Shown here piece after piece: positions 41,842 to 54,000 of a stretch of 64,000 nt of DNA. Numbering within the stretch: the first letter of the stretch is position 1; the number at the start of each line of letters is the position of its first letter. The stretch covers positions 1 through 64,000 of the forward strand of contig CAVQKE010000001.1 of the NCBI GenBank assembly GCA_963713045.1. The letters are read 5' to 3'. A model generated the notes under the pieces. That model made no database searches and was not told the origin of the DNA. It saw only the letters and a list, made by a program, of their open reading frames with translations. Source of the stretch: an uncultured delta proteobacterium (GTDB taxonomy: Bacteria; Myxococcota; Myxococcia; Myxococcales; Myxococcaceae). The translations under genes were made by a program, and so were the position numbers.

Positions 41842-42858
41842 ATGCGACTTTAACCATCGCCCGGTATGGGGGCCCGGAAGTCCTCGAAGTGCGCACCGCC
41901 CCGGACCCCATTCCCGGCCCAGGACAACTCCGCATCCGCGTGGCACGTGCTGGATTGAACTTTGCCGACGTCAGCGCCCGGGTCGGGCTGTACCCGGATG
42001 CGCCGAAGCCCCCGGTGGTGATGGGGTACGAGGTGTCCGGCACAGTGGACGCCGTCGGCGCTGGCGTTACCGCGGCTTTGGGAGGCGAAGTCCTTGCTTT
42101 GACGCGCTTCGGTGGTCAGGCCACCCACGTCCTGGCCGACGCCCGACTGGCCTTTCCGCGGCCTCCCGCGATGACGCTGGAGCAGGCCGCGGCGCTGACG
42201 GTCAACTACCTTACCGCTCACCACCTGCTGCACCGCGTGGGCGGCCTACGGCCTGGCCGTTCGGTGCTGGTGCACCTGGCCGCAGGGGGAGTTGGCTTGG
42301 CGGCGATTCAACTCGCCCGCGCCGTGGGCGGCGTGACGCTGTTTGGTACTGCCTCCGCTGCGAAGCACCCACTGCTGCGCGAAGCGGGCATGCAGCATCC
42401 CATCGACTACCGCACGCAGGATTGGGAAGCCGAAGTCCGGCGGCTGACCGCAGGCCGCGGAGTCGATTTGATTCTCGACCCGCTCGGCGGGGCGGATTGG
42501 GAGCGCGGCTACCGCTCGCTGGCCCCGGCTGGACACCTGGCGTGTTTCGGCTTTGCCAATCTCGTCTCAGGCCCCAAACGCAGCTGGCCTCGCGTGTTGT
42601 GGCAACTGGCTCGAGTTCGCCGCTGGGGGCCCTTGCAGCTGATGAGCGACAACCGGACGGTATCCGGAGTCAACCTGGGCCACTTGTTTGGTGAGTTCGC
42701 CCTCATCGGCGAGACGATGCGAGAGCTCCTCGGGCTCTTCGCCGAGGCACATTTCTCCCACAGTGGACCGTGTCTTCCCCCTTGCGGAGGGAGCCGCCGC
42801 ACACCGCTTTCTTCAGGAGCGGCGCAACGTGGGAAAGGTTCTCTTCGACTGCACCTGA
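41842..42858 (+). CDS. MDR/VAT-1-like NADPH:quinone oxidoreductase, frameshifts near 41848 and 42750
   Basis: GLNFAD..GLYP, GYEVSG, AAGGVG; tail VDRVFPL..AHRFLQERRNVGKV* in another frame. Confidence 0.82.
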
Positions 42859-43063
42859 GAGGAATCGAAAACTTGGGGGGCCGGGGCGCGGGAGGCAATC
42901 TCGACTGGGACTTCACGTTTCTTGTGGCGCGAGGACGGCCAGGTCCTGGACGATGTGAATGCTGCTGCCTTCTCGCCGCGGCGGGCGCCGCAGCGACCCA
43001 ACCTGGCTGCGCGATGCGGCGACTAAACGCACTCGACAAACGCCGACTGAAGAGGCCTTCCCG

Positions 43064-44467
43064 ATGCAACACGTGCGAAACTTTGGCTTTCTGTTGGCAG
43101 TCCTTGGCTCCTTGCCCACCCTTGGCGCCGAGGGTGCGGGCCCCGTTGCCGTGAAGGCGGCTCGCCTCATTGACGTCCGGGGCGACCGAGTGCTGGCTCC
43201 TGCAGTCGTCCTCATCCTGGATGGTCGCATCGAGGCCGTTGGGACGGCCCTGGCCATTCCAGCAAACGCGCGCGTTTATGACCTCGGCCAGGCGACCCTC
43301 CTTCCGGGCCTCATCGACGCCCACGTTCACCTCACCTACGTTCCCGAAAACTCCGGCTACAAGGGACTCGGTGTCTCCATCCCCCGGGAAACACTGTATG
43401 GGGCCAGTAACGCGTTGAAGACCTTGCTCGCTGGCTTCACCTCAGCGCGCAACGTGGCAGCCGGAGGGTACTCGGACGTCGCGCTCCGAGACGCCATCGA
43501 CGCAGGCGAGCTGCCCGGCCCGCGATTGCTGGTGTCCGGCCCGGCGCTCGGCATCACCGGCGGGCATTGCGATGAAAACCTGCTCCCGTCGCAGTTTCAC
43601 TACCGCGAGGAGGGAGTCGCCGACGGGCCCTGGGAGGCACGCACCAAGGCCCGGGAAGTCATCAAATATGGCGCCGACCTCATCAAAGTCTGTGCATCCG
43701 GAGGAGTCCTCTCCAAAGGCGACCAGCCCGGGGCTCCGCAGTATTCGCCCGAGGAGTTGCGCGCCATCGTCGAGGAAGCGCACCGCGGAGGCCGCAAAGT
43801 TGCTGCCCATGCCCACGGCACCCAATCCATCAAAGAGGCCATTCGGGCCGGAGTGGACTCCATCGAGCACGCAAGCCTCATCGATGAGGAGGGCCTGCAA
43901 CTTGCCAAGGAGCGCGGAACCTTCCTGGTGATGGACATCTACAACGATGACTTCATCCTCCAGGAAGGCTTGAAGATGGGAATGCTTCCGGAGTCGATTG
44001 AGAAGGAGAAGGCCGTCGGGAAGCTCCAGCGGGACAGCTTCTCGCGCGCGGTCAAAGCGGGCGTCCGGATGGCTTTCGGCACCGACGCCGGCGTCTTCCC
44101 CCACGGCGACAACGCCAAGCAGTTCGCGGTGATGGTTCGCTACGGAATGACTCCCATGCAGGCCATCCGTTCGGCGACGCTAGACGCGGCGGAACTTCTC
44201 GGGTGGAAAGACAAGGTTGGTTCGCTGGAGCCGGGCAAACTTGCGGATTTGATTGCCGTTCAGGGCGACCCCCTGAAGGACGTGCGCCTGTTGGAGGACG
44301 TCAGCTTCGTGATGAAAGGGGGAAAGGTCGTAAGGACACGACGGGGGCGCGCGCCGGAGGGAATTGAACCGCACCCGGCGAGGCGCCCACCGGAGGACCA
44401 CCCTCTGGCTGCTCACGGACGGCCCGGGCAACAGGCTCGGGCGAAGCGAGAAAGCCCGAAAGCCTAG
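43064..44467 (+). CDS. Secreted metal-dependent amidohydrolase (Xaa-Pro dipeptidase-like); true 3' end probably near 44350
   Basis: PGLIDAHVH, AAHAH, IEH, GTDAG, ADLIAV. Confidence 0.88.
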   Translation: MQHVRNFGFLLAVLGSLPTLGAEGAGPVAVKAARLIDVRGDRVLAPAVVLILDGRIEAVGTALAIPANARVYDLGQATLLPGLIDAHVHLTYVPENSGYKGLGVSIPRETLYGASNALKTLLAGFTSARNVAAGGYSDVALRDAIDAGELPGPRLLVSGPALGITGGHCDENLLPSQFHYREEGVADGPWEARTKAREVIKYGADLIKVCASGGVLSKGDQPGAPQYSPEELRAIVEEAHRGGRKVAAHAHGTQSIKEAIRAGVDSIEHASLIDEEGLQLAKERGTFLVMDIYNDDFILQEGLKMGMLPESIEKEKAVGKLQRDSFSRAVKAGVRMAFGTDAGVFPHGDNAKQFAVMVRYGMTPMQAIRSATLDAAELLGWKDKVGSLEPGKLADLIAVQGDPLKDVRLLEDVSFVMKGGKVVRTRRGRAPEGIEPHPARRPPEDHPLAAHGRPGQQARAKRESPKA

Positions 44468-45084
44468 GGTTTCGCCAACCCCGCCTCCTGGCCTTTCCAC
44501 CGACAGACAAGGCCGTAGTGCAACGGAAAGAGGTGCTGCCGAAGGACCACGAATCCGCGTCCCTCCAGTCGGGCGGTGGCTTCGAGGGGCGAGTAGACGT
44601 GCTCGCGGGGAGGGCCAACGGCCCTCTCCACCTGAGAATTCCAATCAATGAAGACTGCAACGCCCTCGGCCCGGAGCAGCTCGCCCAGCTGGGCCAGCGC
44701 ATCGTCGCCCAGCTCATGCAGGACGTTGAGGGCAAGGACCCGGTCCACCGTCCCCCTCAGCGCCCCGCTCTCCGCCGTTTCCACCAGAACGGGTTCGACA
44801 TTGTGCAACGGGCGCTCGGCGAGCTTGGCCCGAAGTCGGTCCAGCATCGGCGGCTGCTCGTCGAGGGCGACGACGCGCAAGTCAGGACGGCTTCGCGCCA
44901 ATTCCAGGGCGTAGGTGCCGGTGCCAGTCCCGAAGTCGACGACGGTGGCGGCGGGAGGTGCGTCGAGGAGGCCGAATACCTCCGCTGGAGGCAAGCTGTC
45001 GAAGCGCTCGCATTCGTCAAGCAGTCCTGCCCGCCGGGGGTCAAAGCGGTGAGGTTGTCGAGCGCCGTGGCGGTCGCGTTCCAT
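44464..45084 (-). CDS. Class I SAM-dependent methyltransferase
   Basis: [21 protein letters not shown]. Confidence 0.82.
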   Translation of the reverse strand: MERDRHGARQPHRFDPRRAGLLDECERFDSLPPAEVFGLLDAPPAATVVDFGTGTGTYALELARSRPDLRVVALDEQPPMLDRLRAKLAERPLHNVEPVLVETAESGALRGTVDRVLALNVLHELGDDALAQLGELLRAEGVAVFIDWNSQVERAVGPPREHVYSPLEATARLEGRGFVVLRQHLFPLHYGLVCRWKGQEAGLAKP

Positions 45085-45270
45085 TGGACACCTCTCTCTG
45101 GGCGCTCGGCCCGTCGCCCACCAGCAACCCCGGACCTCGGTTCAGCATCTTAGCGGCGGGGAAGCGAGCAAGCCGTGTACCCCGCCGGGCAGGCGCGACG
45201 GCTTTCCGGGCACTGAAGAAGCAGGCCCGGCCAGCCGAAGGCTCGGGGGCGTGCCCAGCGGCGGTGCGCG

Positions 45271-47697
<2,427 letters not shown>

Positions 47698-47967
47698 GCA
47701 GCGCAACTCTACACTCGCCCCCCGCGTCTCGCCACGTCCTGGCCCCTAGCCTTGCCGGGCCAATGTGCACCACAGCAACTTCTGGGGAGCGCTTCGGGAC
47801 TGGGTCAAATCGGCCCGCGCGCGCCTTTTCTCCGCAAGTCGCCGTCCAAGGGCGAGCAGAACGGTTTCTGCTGCAACAGGGTGGTATGGACAACGGTCAC
47901 CGGCCCCCGAGGGACCGAAGTGGGACATGCAATGGCCCCGCATCACCGCGCGTAGAAAGGCACGCCC

Positions 47968-48255
47968 ATGGAGATTCAGCCGATAGACCTGACCGCGCTC
48001 GTTTCTGTGACGCTCGGCATCCTTGTCGTCCTCGTTCCAGTGATTGGCTTCACGGTGCGCTTTGCCATCAAACCCATCGCCGACGCACTGGGACGTTCCC
48101 GGGAAGGCTCAGGCCCAGCGCGCGAGCTGGAGCTGCTGGCGGCGCGTGTGCGCGAGCTGGAGGAGGAAGTCATCCAGCTGAAGAACAGCGACCCCTACCG
48201 TGTCAGTGCCACCGGCCGCTCCGAAGCCCTCCCAGCGGGCCAGAGCCGAGGCTAG
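47968..48255 (+). CDS. Small membrane-anchored coiled-coil hypothetical protein
   Basis: AAAGG RBS, N-terminal TM helix, coiled coil. Confidence 0.65.
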   Translation: MEIQPIDLTALVSVTLGILVVLVPVIGFTVRFAIKPIADALGRSREGSGPARELELLAARVRELEEEVIQLKNSDPYRVSATGRSEALPAGQSRG

Positions 48256-48289
48256 AGCAATCGGTTGGCGCCGGCCCGCGCTTGCGCTG

Positions 48290-48700
48290 TCACCCAGCCA
48301 ACGTGGCAAGCACCGTCTGCACCGGCGCTCCAGCCTTGACGGTGGCCAGGGTCAGCCGCACCAGCACCGAGACCAGCTGACGCCGCGCACGCTCGGCGGT
48401 GTCGCCTCCCACCGGCTGGGCCAGCCCGAACGAAAGTGCGCAGGCGCAGACGCCATGCGCGGCGCGCACCATCAACTCGGGCGCCGCATGGGCACGGGCC
48501 AGCTTCTCGAGCGCAAACATGGTGCGCCGGGCGACCTCCTCATCGGTCACCTCGGGCAGCGCCCGAACGGCACCTGCCGCACCGCCTAGCCGTGACGCCT
48601 CGAGGCCGAGCGGAAGGACTTCCCGTACGGCGCGGTCCACAAAGGCGAAGATGGGCGCCTGCGGTGCGGCGGCCAAGGGACCGAGGGCCTCGGCTTCCAT
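48290..48700 (-). CDS. Hypothetical protein downstream of clpX (frame open to a CTG at 48760 overlapping the clpX stop)
   Basis: Ala/Leu-rich helical ORF in operon position. Confidence 0.5.
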   Translation of the reverse strand: MEAEALGPLAAAPQAPIFAFVDRAVREVLPLGLEASRLGGAAGAVRALPEVTDEEVARRTMFALEKLARAHAAPELMVRAAHGVCACALSFGLAQPVGGDTAERARRQLVSVLVRLTLATVKAGAPVQTVLATLAG

Positions 48701-48756
48701 CCACTCCGAAAGCTCGTCGAGGAGCTCGAGGCGAAAGGTGGCCTCGGAGTCCCGGC

Positions 48757-50031
48757 TCAGGCCGATTCCTTCTGCAGCTCCTCGTCCTTGGCGGTGGCGT
48801 GGAGGATGACCGGCTCGCTCTTCTTGAAGATGACTTCCTCGGAGATGACGACTTCGCTCGCCGTCTTCATCGATGGGATGTCGTACATCACATCGAGCAT
48901 CGCCGTCTCGAGAATGGACCGCAGTCCGCGTGCCCCGGCCCGGCGCCGGATGGCCTCGTGGGCGATGGCCTTCAGCGCCCCTTCGGTGAACTTCAGCGCC
49001 ACCCCGTCTAAGTCGAAGAGCTTCTTGTACTGCTTGACCAGTGCATTCTTCGGCTGGCTGAGGATGCTGACCAGCGCCGGCTCGTCGAGCTCCTCCAGCG
49101 CGGTGACTATCGGCAGCCGCCCGATGAACTCCGGAATCATCCCGTACTTGAGGAGGTCCTCCGGCTCGACATGTTGGAGCAACTCGGTGAGGTTGCGCTC
49201 CTTGCGGGTCTGAATGTCCGCGCCAAACCCGAGGTTGCGACCACCCAATCGCCGCTCGATGATTTGTTCCAAGCCGCCGAAGGCTCCGCCACAGATGAAG
49301 AGAATGTTGGTGGTGTCGACTTGGAGAAATTCCTGCTGCGGGTGCTTGCGCCCGCCCTTGGGGGGCACGTTGGCAATGGTCCCTTCAATAATCTTCAGCA
49401 GGGCCTGCTGGACGCCCTCGCCCGAGACGTCCCTGGTGATGGAGGGGTTCTCGCTCTTGCGCGCAATCTTGTCGATTTCGTCAATGTAGACAATCCCGCG
49501 CTGGGCCCGGTCGATGTCATGGTCAGCGGCCTGGAGCAGGTTGACGATGATGTTCTCGACGTCCTCACCCACATAGCCAGCCTCGGTGAGGCAGGTGGCG
49601 TCGGCGATGGTGAAGGGGACGTTGAGAATGCGGGCCAGGGTCTGCGCGAGCAGCGTCTTGCCGCTTCCGGTGGGGCCGAGCAGAAGAATATTGCTCTTCT
49701 GCAGCTCCACGTCGTCCATCTGCACCTTGGACTCGATGCGCTTGTAGTGGTTGTGGACAGCGACCGCCAGGACCTTCTTCGCCCGCTCCTGCCCCACCAC
49801 GTACTCGTCGAGGATGATTTTGATTTCCGACGGCCGAGGGATGCGGAGCTTGGTGTCCTTGGTCTCCTCGCGGTCAATCTCCTCGGCAATGATGTCGTTG
49901 CATAGCCCGATGCACTCGTCGCAGATGTAGACCGTGGGGCCAGCGATGAGCTTCTTCACCTCCTTCTGCGACTTGCCGCAGAAGGAGCAAGACAGCGTCT
50001 GGTTGGCCTTCTCCACGTTCTTCCCTGCCAT
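48757..50031 (-). CDS. clpX: ATP-dependent Clp protease ATPase
   Basis: CSFC..CDEC zinc finger, [18 protein letters not shown]. Confidence 0.97.
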   Translation of the reverse strand: MAGKNVEKANQTLSCSFCGKSQKEVKKLIAGPTVYICDECIGLCNDIIAEEIDREETKDTKLRIPRPSEIKIILDEYVVGQERAKKVLAVAVHNHYKRIESKVQMDDVELQKSNILLLGPTGSGKTLLAQTLARILNVPFTIADATCLTEAGYVGEDVENIIVNLLQAADHDIDRAQRGIVYIDEIDKIARKSENPSITRDVSGEGVQQALLKIIEGTIANVPPKGGRKHPQQEFLQVDTTNILFICGGAFGGLEQIIERRLGGRNLGFGADIQTRKERNLTELLQHVEPEDLLKYGMIPEFIGRLPIVTALEELDEPALVSILSQPKNALVKQYKKLFDLDGVALKFTEGALKAIAHEAIRRRAGARGLRSILETAMLDVMYDIPSMKTASEVVISEEVIFKKSEPVILHATAKDEELQKESA

Positions 50032-50169
50032 GAGGCCTCCCTGGGCGATGCACTGCCAGCTAGATGGTACGGGGGGATGAGGTCCAGGTCCACGCCCTGT
50101 TCATCCCCTTGTTCAACCCCTGTCTGCTAACCGCTCCCACCTCTGACTGCAGCGCCCCCCTGAGGAGCC

Positions 50170-50787
50170 CTACCGGTCGCGCTCCTTGGGCAGCGTCTTT
50201 CTGTTCACTGAGACCACCTCGTCGATGATGCCGTAAGTCTTGGCCTCCTGGGCGCTCATGAAGAAGTCCCGGTCGGTGTCCTTCTCTACCCGGTCCAAAG
50301 CCTGCCCGGTATGCTTGGAGATGAGGTCATTCAGCATCGAACGCATGCGAAGAATCTCGCGGGCGTGGATTTCGACGTCGGAGGCCTGACCACGGGCCCC
50401 GCCCATCGGCTGGTGGACCATGATGCGGCTGTTGGGCAGCGACTGGCGCTTGCCCTTGGCCCCGGCGAGCAGCAGCACCGCCCCCATCGAGGCGGCTTGG
50501 CCCACACAAATGGTGGCCACCGGCGGCCGCACGTACTGCATGGTGTCGTAGATGGCCAAGCCGGCGGTCACCGAACCGCCTGGCGAGTTGACGTAGAGAT
50601 TAATCTCCTTGTCCGGGTCCTCCGACTCAAGGAAGAGCATCTGAGCGACGATGGCATTGGCGACGTCGTCGTCAATCTCGGTGCCGAGCAGGATGATGCG
50701 GTCCTTCAAAAGGCGGCTGTAGATGTCATAGGTCCGCTCGCCGCGGTGGGTTTGCTCAATGACGTAGGGGACAGGCATGTAGGGCAT
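50170..50787 (-). CDS. clpP: Clp protease proteolytic subunit
   Basis: DIYSRLL, NSPGG, QAASMG, HQP. Confidence 0.97.
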   Translation of the reverse strand: MPYMPVPYVIEQTHRGERTYDIYSRLLKDRIILLGTEIDDDVANAIVAQMLFLESEDPDKEINLYVNSPGGSVTAGLAIYDTMQYVRPPVATICVGQAASMGAVLLLAGAKGKRQSLPNSRIMVHQPMGGARGQASDVEIHAREILRMRSMLNDLISKHTGQALDRVEKDTDRDFFMSAQEAKTYGIIDEVVSVNRKTLPKERDR

Positions 50788-50805
50788 GGGCGGTGACCTC
50801 AGGGG

Positions 50806-52077
50806 TTACGCTTCATCCTTCGCCCGAGACCTCAGGAATTCAACCGTCTTTTCCTCGCGAATGCGCAGTTCGAGGCTCCGGCGCTGGTTTGCGTCCTTGA
50901 AGGCCTTGCGTACCTGGCTGATTGGCTGCTCGCTTTCTTTGGCAAGCTGCTCGATGCGGGCGTCGACTTCGGCCGGCTGCACGGTCAGCCCTTCGGCCTG
51001 AGCGATGGCTTCCAGCAGCAGCGCCCCGCGGACTTCGGTCTCGGCGCGGGGGCGCATCTCTTGGCGCAGGGCTTCGAAGTCCAGGTTGAGCGCTCGCGGG
51101 TCGACGCCTCCCCGAGCCAGCGAGCGTAACGCCCCCTCCAGCATCGCCTCGACGCCGCGGTCCACCATCGCTTTGGGGACAGCGAACGGGTTGCGCTGGA
51201 TGAGGGCGTGGACGAGCTGGTCGCGCTCGCCGCGCACCGCCTCGTTCTTGGCAGCCGTCTCAAGGTCCCCGCGGATGCGGGTCCGCAGGGCTTCCAGCGT
51301 GGGACCTCCTCCCACCTCGCGCGCGAGTTCGTCATCCAGCGCTGGCACCACCCGGCGCTTGAGCCCTTTGAGCGAGAAGCGGAAGACGGCTGTCTTCCCG
51401 GCCCGCGAATGGCCTGTCGGGAAGGTGGCCGACACCTCGCGCGTCTCGCCCAAGGACAGGCCAGCCAGCGCCTCGACATTGCCGGCACTCACCTCGCCCG
51501 GGGCGACCTCCACCGTGACCGCCTCGCCCGAACCCCCCTCAAAGGGTTGCCCGTCCACGGTTCCCTGGTAGTCGACCACTGCAAAGTCCGACCGCTCTGC
51601 GGTCTTGCGCCCCTCCACCGGCTCCAGCCGGCCAAGCCGCTGGCGGAGCTCCTCGAGGCGCGCTTCCACCTGGGCCTCCTGCACCATGGGGGTGACGCGC
51701 TTGAGCGGAAGTCCCAGGTAATCCTTGGGAGCTATCTCCGGCCGGACCTCCACCGTGGCCTGAAAAGCGAAAGGAGCGTCGACGACGAGGCGACCGCCGG
51801 TCACTTGGGGTTCGCCAACGGCCTCCACTCCGTGCTCGGTAATGGCGCTCAGGTAGCTGCGCTCGACCAGCCGCCGGCTGACGTCGTCCTCCACCTCGCC
51901 CCGGAAGCGCTGCTCCAGAATGCGGCGGGGAATCTTTCCGGGTCGAAAGCCTGGCAGCCGGACCCGCTCACCGAGCGCGTGGTAGGCACGCCCCAGCTCG
52001 GCCGCGACCTGGTCCGGTTCGACTTCAATGGAAAGCTTGCGCTCGATGGGGGACAGCGTCTCGACTTGAACCTTCAT
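50806..52077 (-). CDS. tig: Trigger factor
   Basis: GFRPGK ribosome-binding motif, FKBP-like domain, synteny with clpP. Confidence 0.94.
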   Translation of the reverse strand: MKVQVETLSPIERKLSIEVEPDQVAAELGRAYHALGERVRLPGFRPGKIPRRILEQRFRGEVEDDVSRRLVERSYLSAITEHGVEAVGEPQVTGGRLVVDAPFAFQATVEVRPEIAPKDYLGLPLKRVTPMVQEAQVEARLEELRQRLGRLEPVEGRKTAERSDFAVVDYQGTVDGQPFEGGSGEAVTVEVAPGEVSAGNVEALAGLSLGETREVSATFPTGHSRAGKTAVFRFSLKGLKRRVVPALDDELAREVGGGPTLEALRTRIRGDLETAAKNEAVRGERDQLVHALIQRNPFAVPKAMVDRGVEAMLEGALRSLARGGVDPRALNLDFEALRQEMRPRAETEVRGALLLEAIAQAEGLTVQPAEVDARIEQLAKESEQPISQVRKAFKDANQRRSLELRIREEKTVEFLRSRAKDEA

Positions 52078-52156
52078 ACGCAGCTCACGGCCTTAAGGGT
52101 GGCTGGGCACCCTGTCAACGTGAAATGGGGGCCCAATCCGGGAAGGCGCCAACGCA

Positions 52157-52239
52157 TGGGCCCGGAGGGACTCGAACCCTCATGCCTTTGGGGCATCGGC
52201 TCCTAAGGCCGACGTGTCTACCAGTTCCACCACAGGCCC
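52157..52239 (-). tRNA. tRNA-Leu (TAG); CCA not encoded
   Basis: GGGCCTG..TGGTAGACA..TCGGC-CT-TAG-GA-GCCGA, long variable arm, GGTTCGAGTCC..CGGGCCC-A. Confidence 0.95.
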
Positions 52240-52396
52240 GAGCGCCGTTGTACCTTGGGCTTTCGGCCTCTTCCACTTGAGGCGGAGCTGTTGACTCTCC
52301 TCGGGGTGGCACCGCGACGTGGGCCGGCGCCTGGTCGCTTCTGCGCACGCTGAAGGCCCACCCGGGCGACGGCTCTTCCTTGAAGGGGTCCTCCAG

Positions 52397-52900
52397 TCAG
52401 CGCTGGCCAGCCAGAGCCTGCAGGGCTTCGCCGTCGAGGCGGCAAATCAGCCATTCCCGGAGCACCACCGCCCCCAACCCTTCGTAGAAGCGGATGCTCG
52501 GGAGATTCCAGTCCAGCACGTTCCACATGAAACGACCGCACCGGAGACGCACCGCCTCCTTGGCAAGAGCGCACATCAGCGCGCGGCCAAGACCGTTTCC
52601 GCGCGCCACTGGACGGATGAAGAGGTCCTCGAGGAATAGGGTTGGTCGGCCGCGCCACGTGGAGTAGGCAAGAAAGAAGAGGGCAAAGCCGACTGGTGCG
52701 CCGTCCAGCTCTGCGATGAGGGTGCGAAACAAGGGCACCGCTCCAAAACCATCGCGCCGAAGGTCCGCCTCGGTCGCCAGGACGGCCTCGGGCTCCCTCT
52801 CGTAGGCGGCCAGTTCCCGAATTAGGGACAACACCAGCGGAACGTCGCTCGGCGTTGCAGGTCGAATTCCGATTCGCTGCCCATCTTCTTGAGAGGACAA
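52397..52900 (-). CDS. GNAT acetyltransferase (spermidine/diamine N-acetyltransferase-like); start uncertain
   Basis: IRELAAYE, YSTW.G..LEDLFI..RGNGLG, VLDWN..FY..LG. Confidence 0.88.
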   Translation of the reverse strand: MSSQEDGQRIGIRPATPSDVPLVLSLIRELAAYEREPEAVLATEADLRRDGFGAVPLFRTLIAELDGAPVGFALFFLAYSTWRGRPTLFLEDLFIRPVARGNGLGRALMCALAKEAVRLRCGRFMWNVLDWNLPSIRFYEGLGAVVLREWLICRLDGEALQALAGQR

Positions 52901-52926
52901 GCATCCCCCCCTTCCCGGTCTCGTCT

Positions 52927-53670
52927 CTACCGCGTCGTGGCGAGAACACCACGCAAGCGCTCGCGAAGGCCCTCCACTTGAAGGCGCGCCGCGGCTTTCA
53001 GTGTCTCGACATCCAGCAGCGTCAGGCCTTGGGTGGACAGAGGCGTCCCCACCGCGACGCCCGCATGGGCGGTTTGGAAGCGCCAGCTGTGCTTGGGAAG
53101 GGCGGTGCGCGTCCCGCTGACGGCAATCGGGAGGACGTCTGCGCCCGTCTCGATGGCCAGACGAAAGGCGCCGTCTTTGAAGGGAAGCAGCTCTCCATCC
53201 GAGCTGCGCGTCCCTTCGGGGAAAATCATCACCGGGACACCCCGTCTGAGCCAACGGGCGCAGGCGGCCATGGCACCCCTCCCAGAGTCCTTGTCGCCGC
53301 GGTGTACTGGGACGTCGCCAGCGAGCCACATCATCCAGCCGACGACTGGAATGCGGAACAGCGACGCCTTGCCGAGCCATTTCATCTCCCACGGCAAATG
53401 GGAGATGAGGAAGGGGTCGGCTTGCGACTCATGGTTGCTCACCACGACCGTTCGCCCGGCCACCTTCGGCGTCGCCCCCACCACGCCAAAATGCCAGAAC
53501 GGGGTGAGGGTGGAGGCCAGCACTCCTACCAGGCGGAAGGTGCGGCCAGCCACCAGGCGACGCCGGTCAAAGCCCCAGGTCAGAAGCGCCAGGACAAGCT
53601 GCACCAACCAGCCCAGCAGGGCCACCAGGCCAATTTCGAACCAGGTCCACACCGAGAGGAGGGCATTCAC
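52927..53670 (-). CDS. plsC: 1-acyl-sn-glycerol-3-phosphate acyltransferase family
   Basis: NHESQAD, FPEGTRS, FKDGAF. Confidence 0.85.
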   Translation of the reverse strand: MNALLSVWTWFEIGLVALLGWLVQLVLALLTWGFDRRRLVAGRTFRLVGVLASTLTPFWHFGVVGATPKVAGRTVVVSNHESQADPFLISHLPWEMKWLGKASLFRIPVVGWMMWLAGDVPVHRGDKDSGRGAMAACARWLRRGVPVMIFPEGTRSSDGELLPFKDGAFRLAIETGADVLPIAVSGTRTALPKHSWRFQTAHAGVAVGTPLSTQGLTLLDVETLKAAARLQVEGLRERLRGVLATTR

Positions 53671-53793
53671 CGAAGGGCCTCGCTTACCCCACCCCGGGCG
53701 GACGTTGCTTCGACAACCGCCGTTGCGCAGTGCGCCACGGGAGACGCTACTCCCCCGCCTTCGGCGCTTGTGCCTAAGAAGGGTGGGAAGCCG

Positions 53794-53985
53794 ATGCCCA
53801 ACCGCCCGGAAAGCCGAAGCCGCGTCGTCGAGCCCGCCCTCTGGGTTTTCGGGCTGGCCTTGTTGGTGTTCGCCTCCAGCGCTCGGCTGCTGTGGGCGGA
53901 TGGGCAACACAGCTGGCTCTGGCCGTTCGGCCTGTGGGCCGCCATCATCCTGGTGGGCGCGGTGGTGAACCGGCGGACCGACTAG
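53794..53985 (+). CDS. 63-aa two-TM peptide, CbrX-like
   Basis: ..LLW.DG..SWLWPFGLWAAIILV pattern; 15 nt upstream of the SLC5-kinase gene. Confidence 0.65.
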   Translation: MPNRPESRSRVVEPALWVFGLALLVFASSARLLWADGQHSWLWPFGLWAAIILVGAVVNRRTD

Positions 53986-54000
53986 AGCCGCGGACCTCTC

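Noticed and set aside
52157..52239. tRNA-Leu as an island integration site
   Set aside because: No integrase and no duplicated tRNA 3' end; it sits in the usual position upstream of tig.
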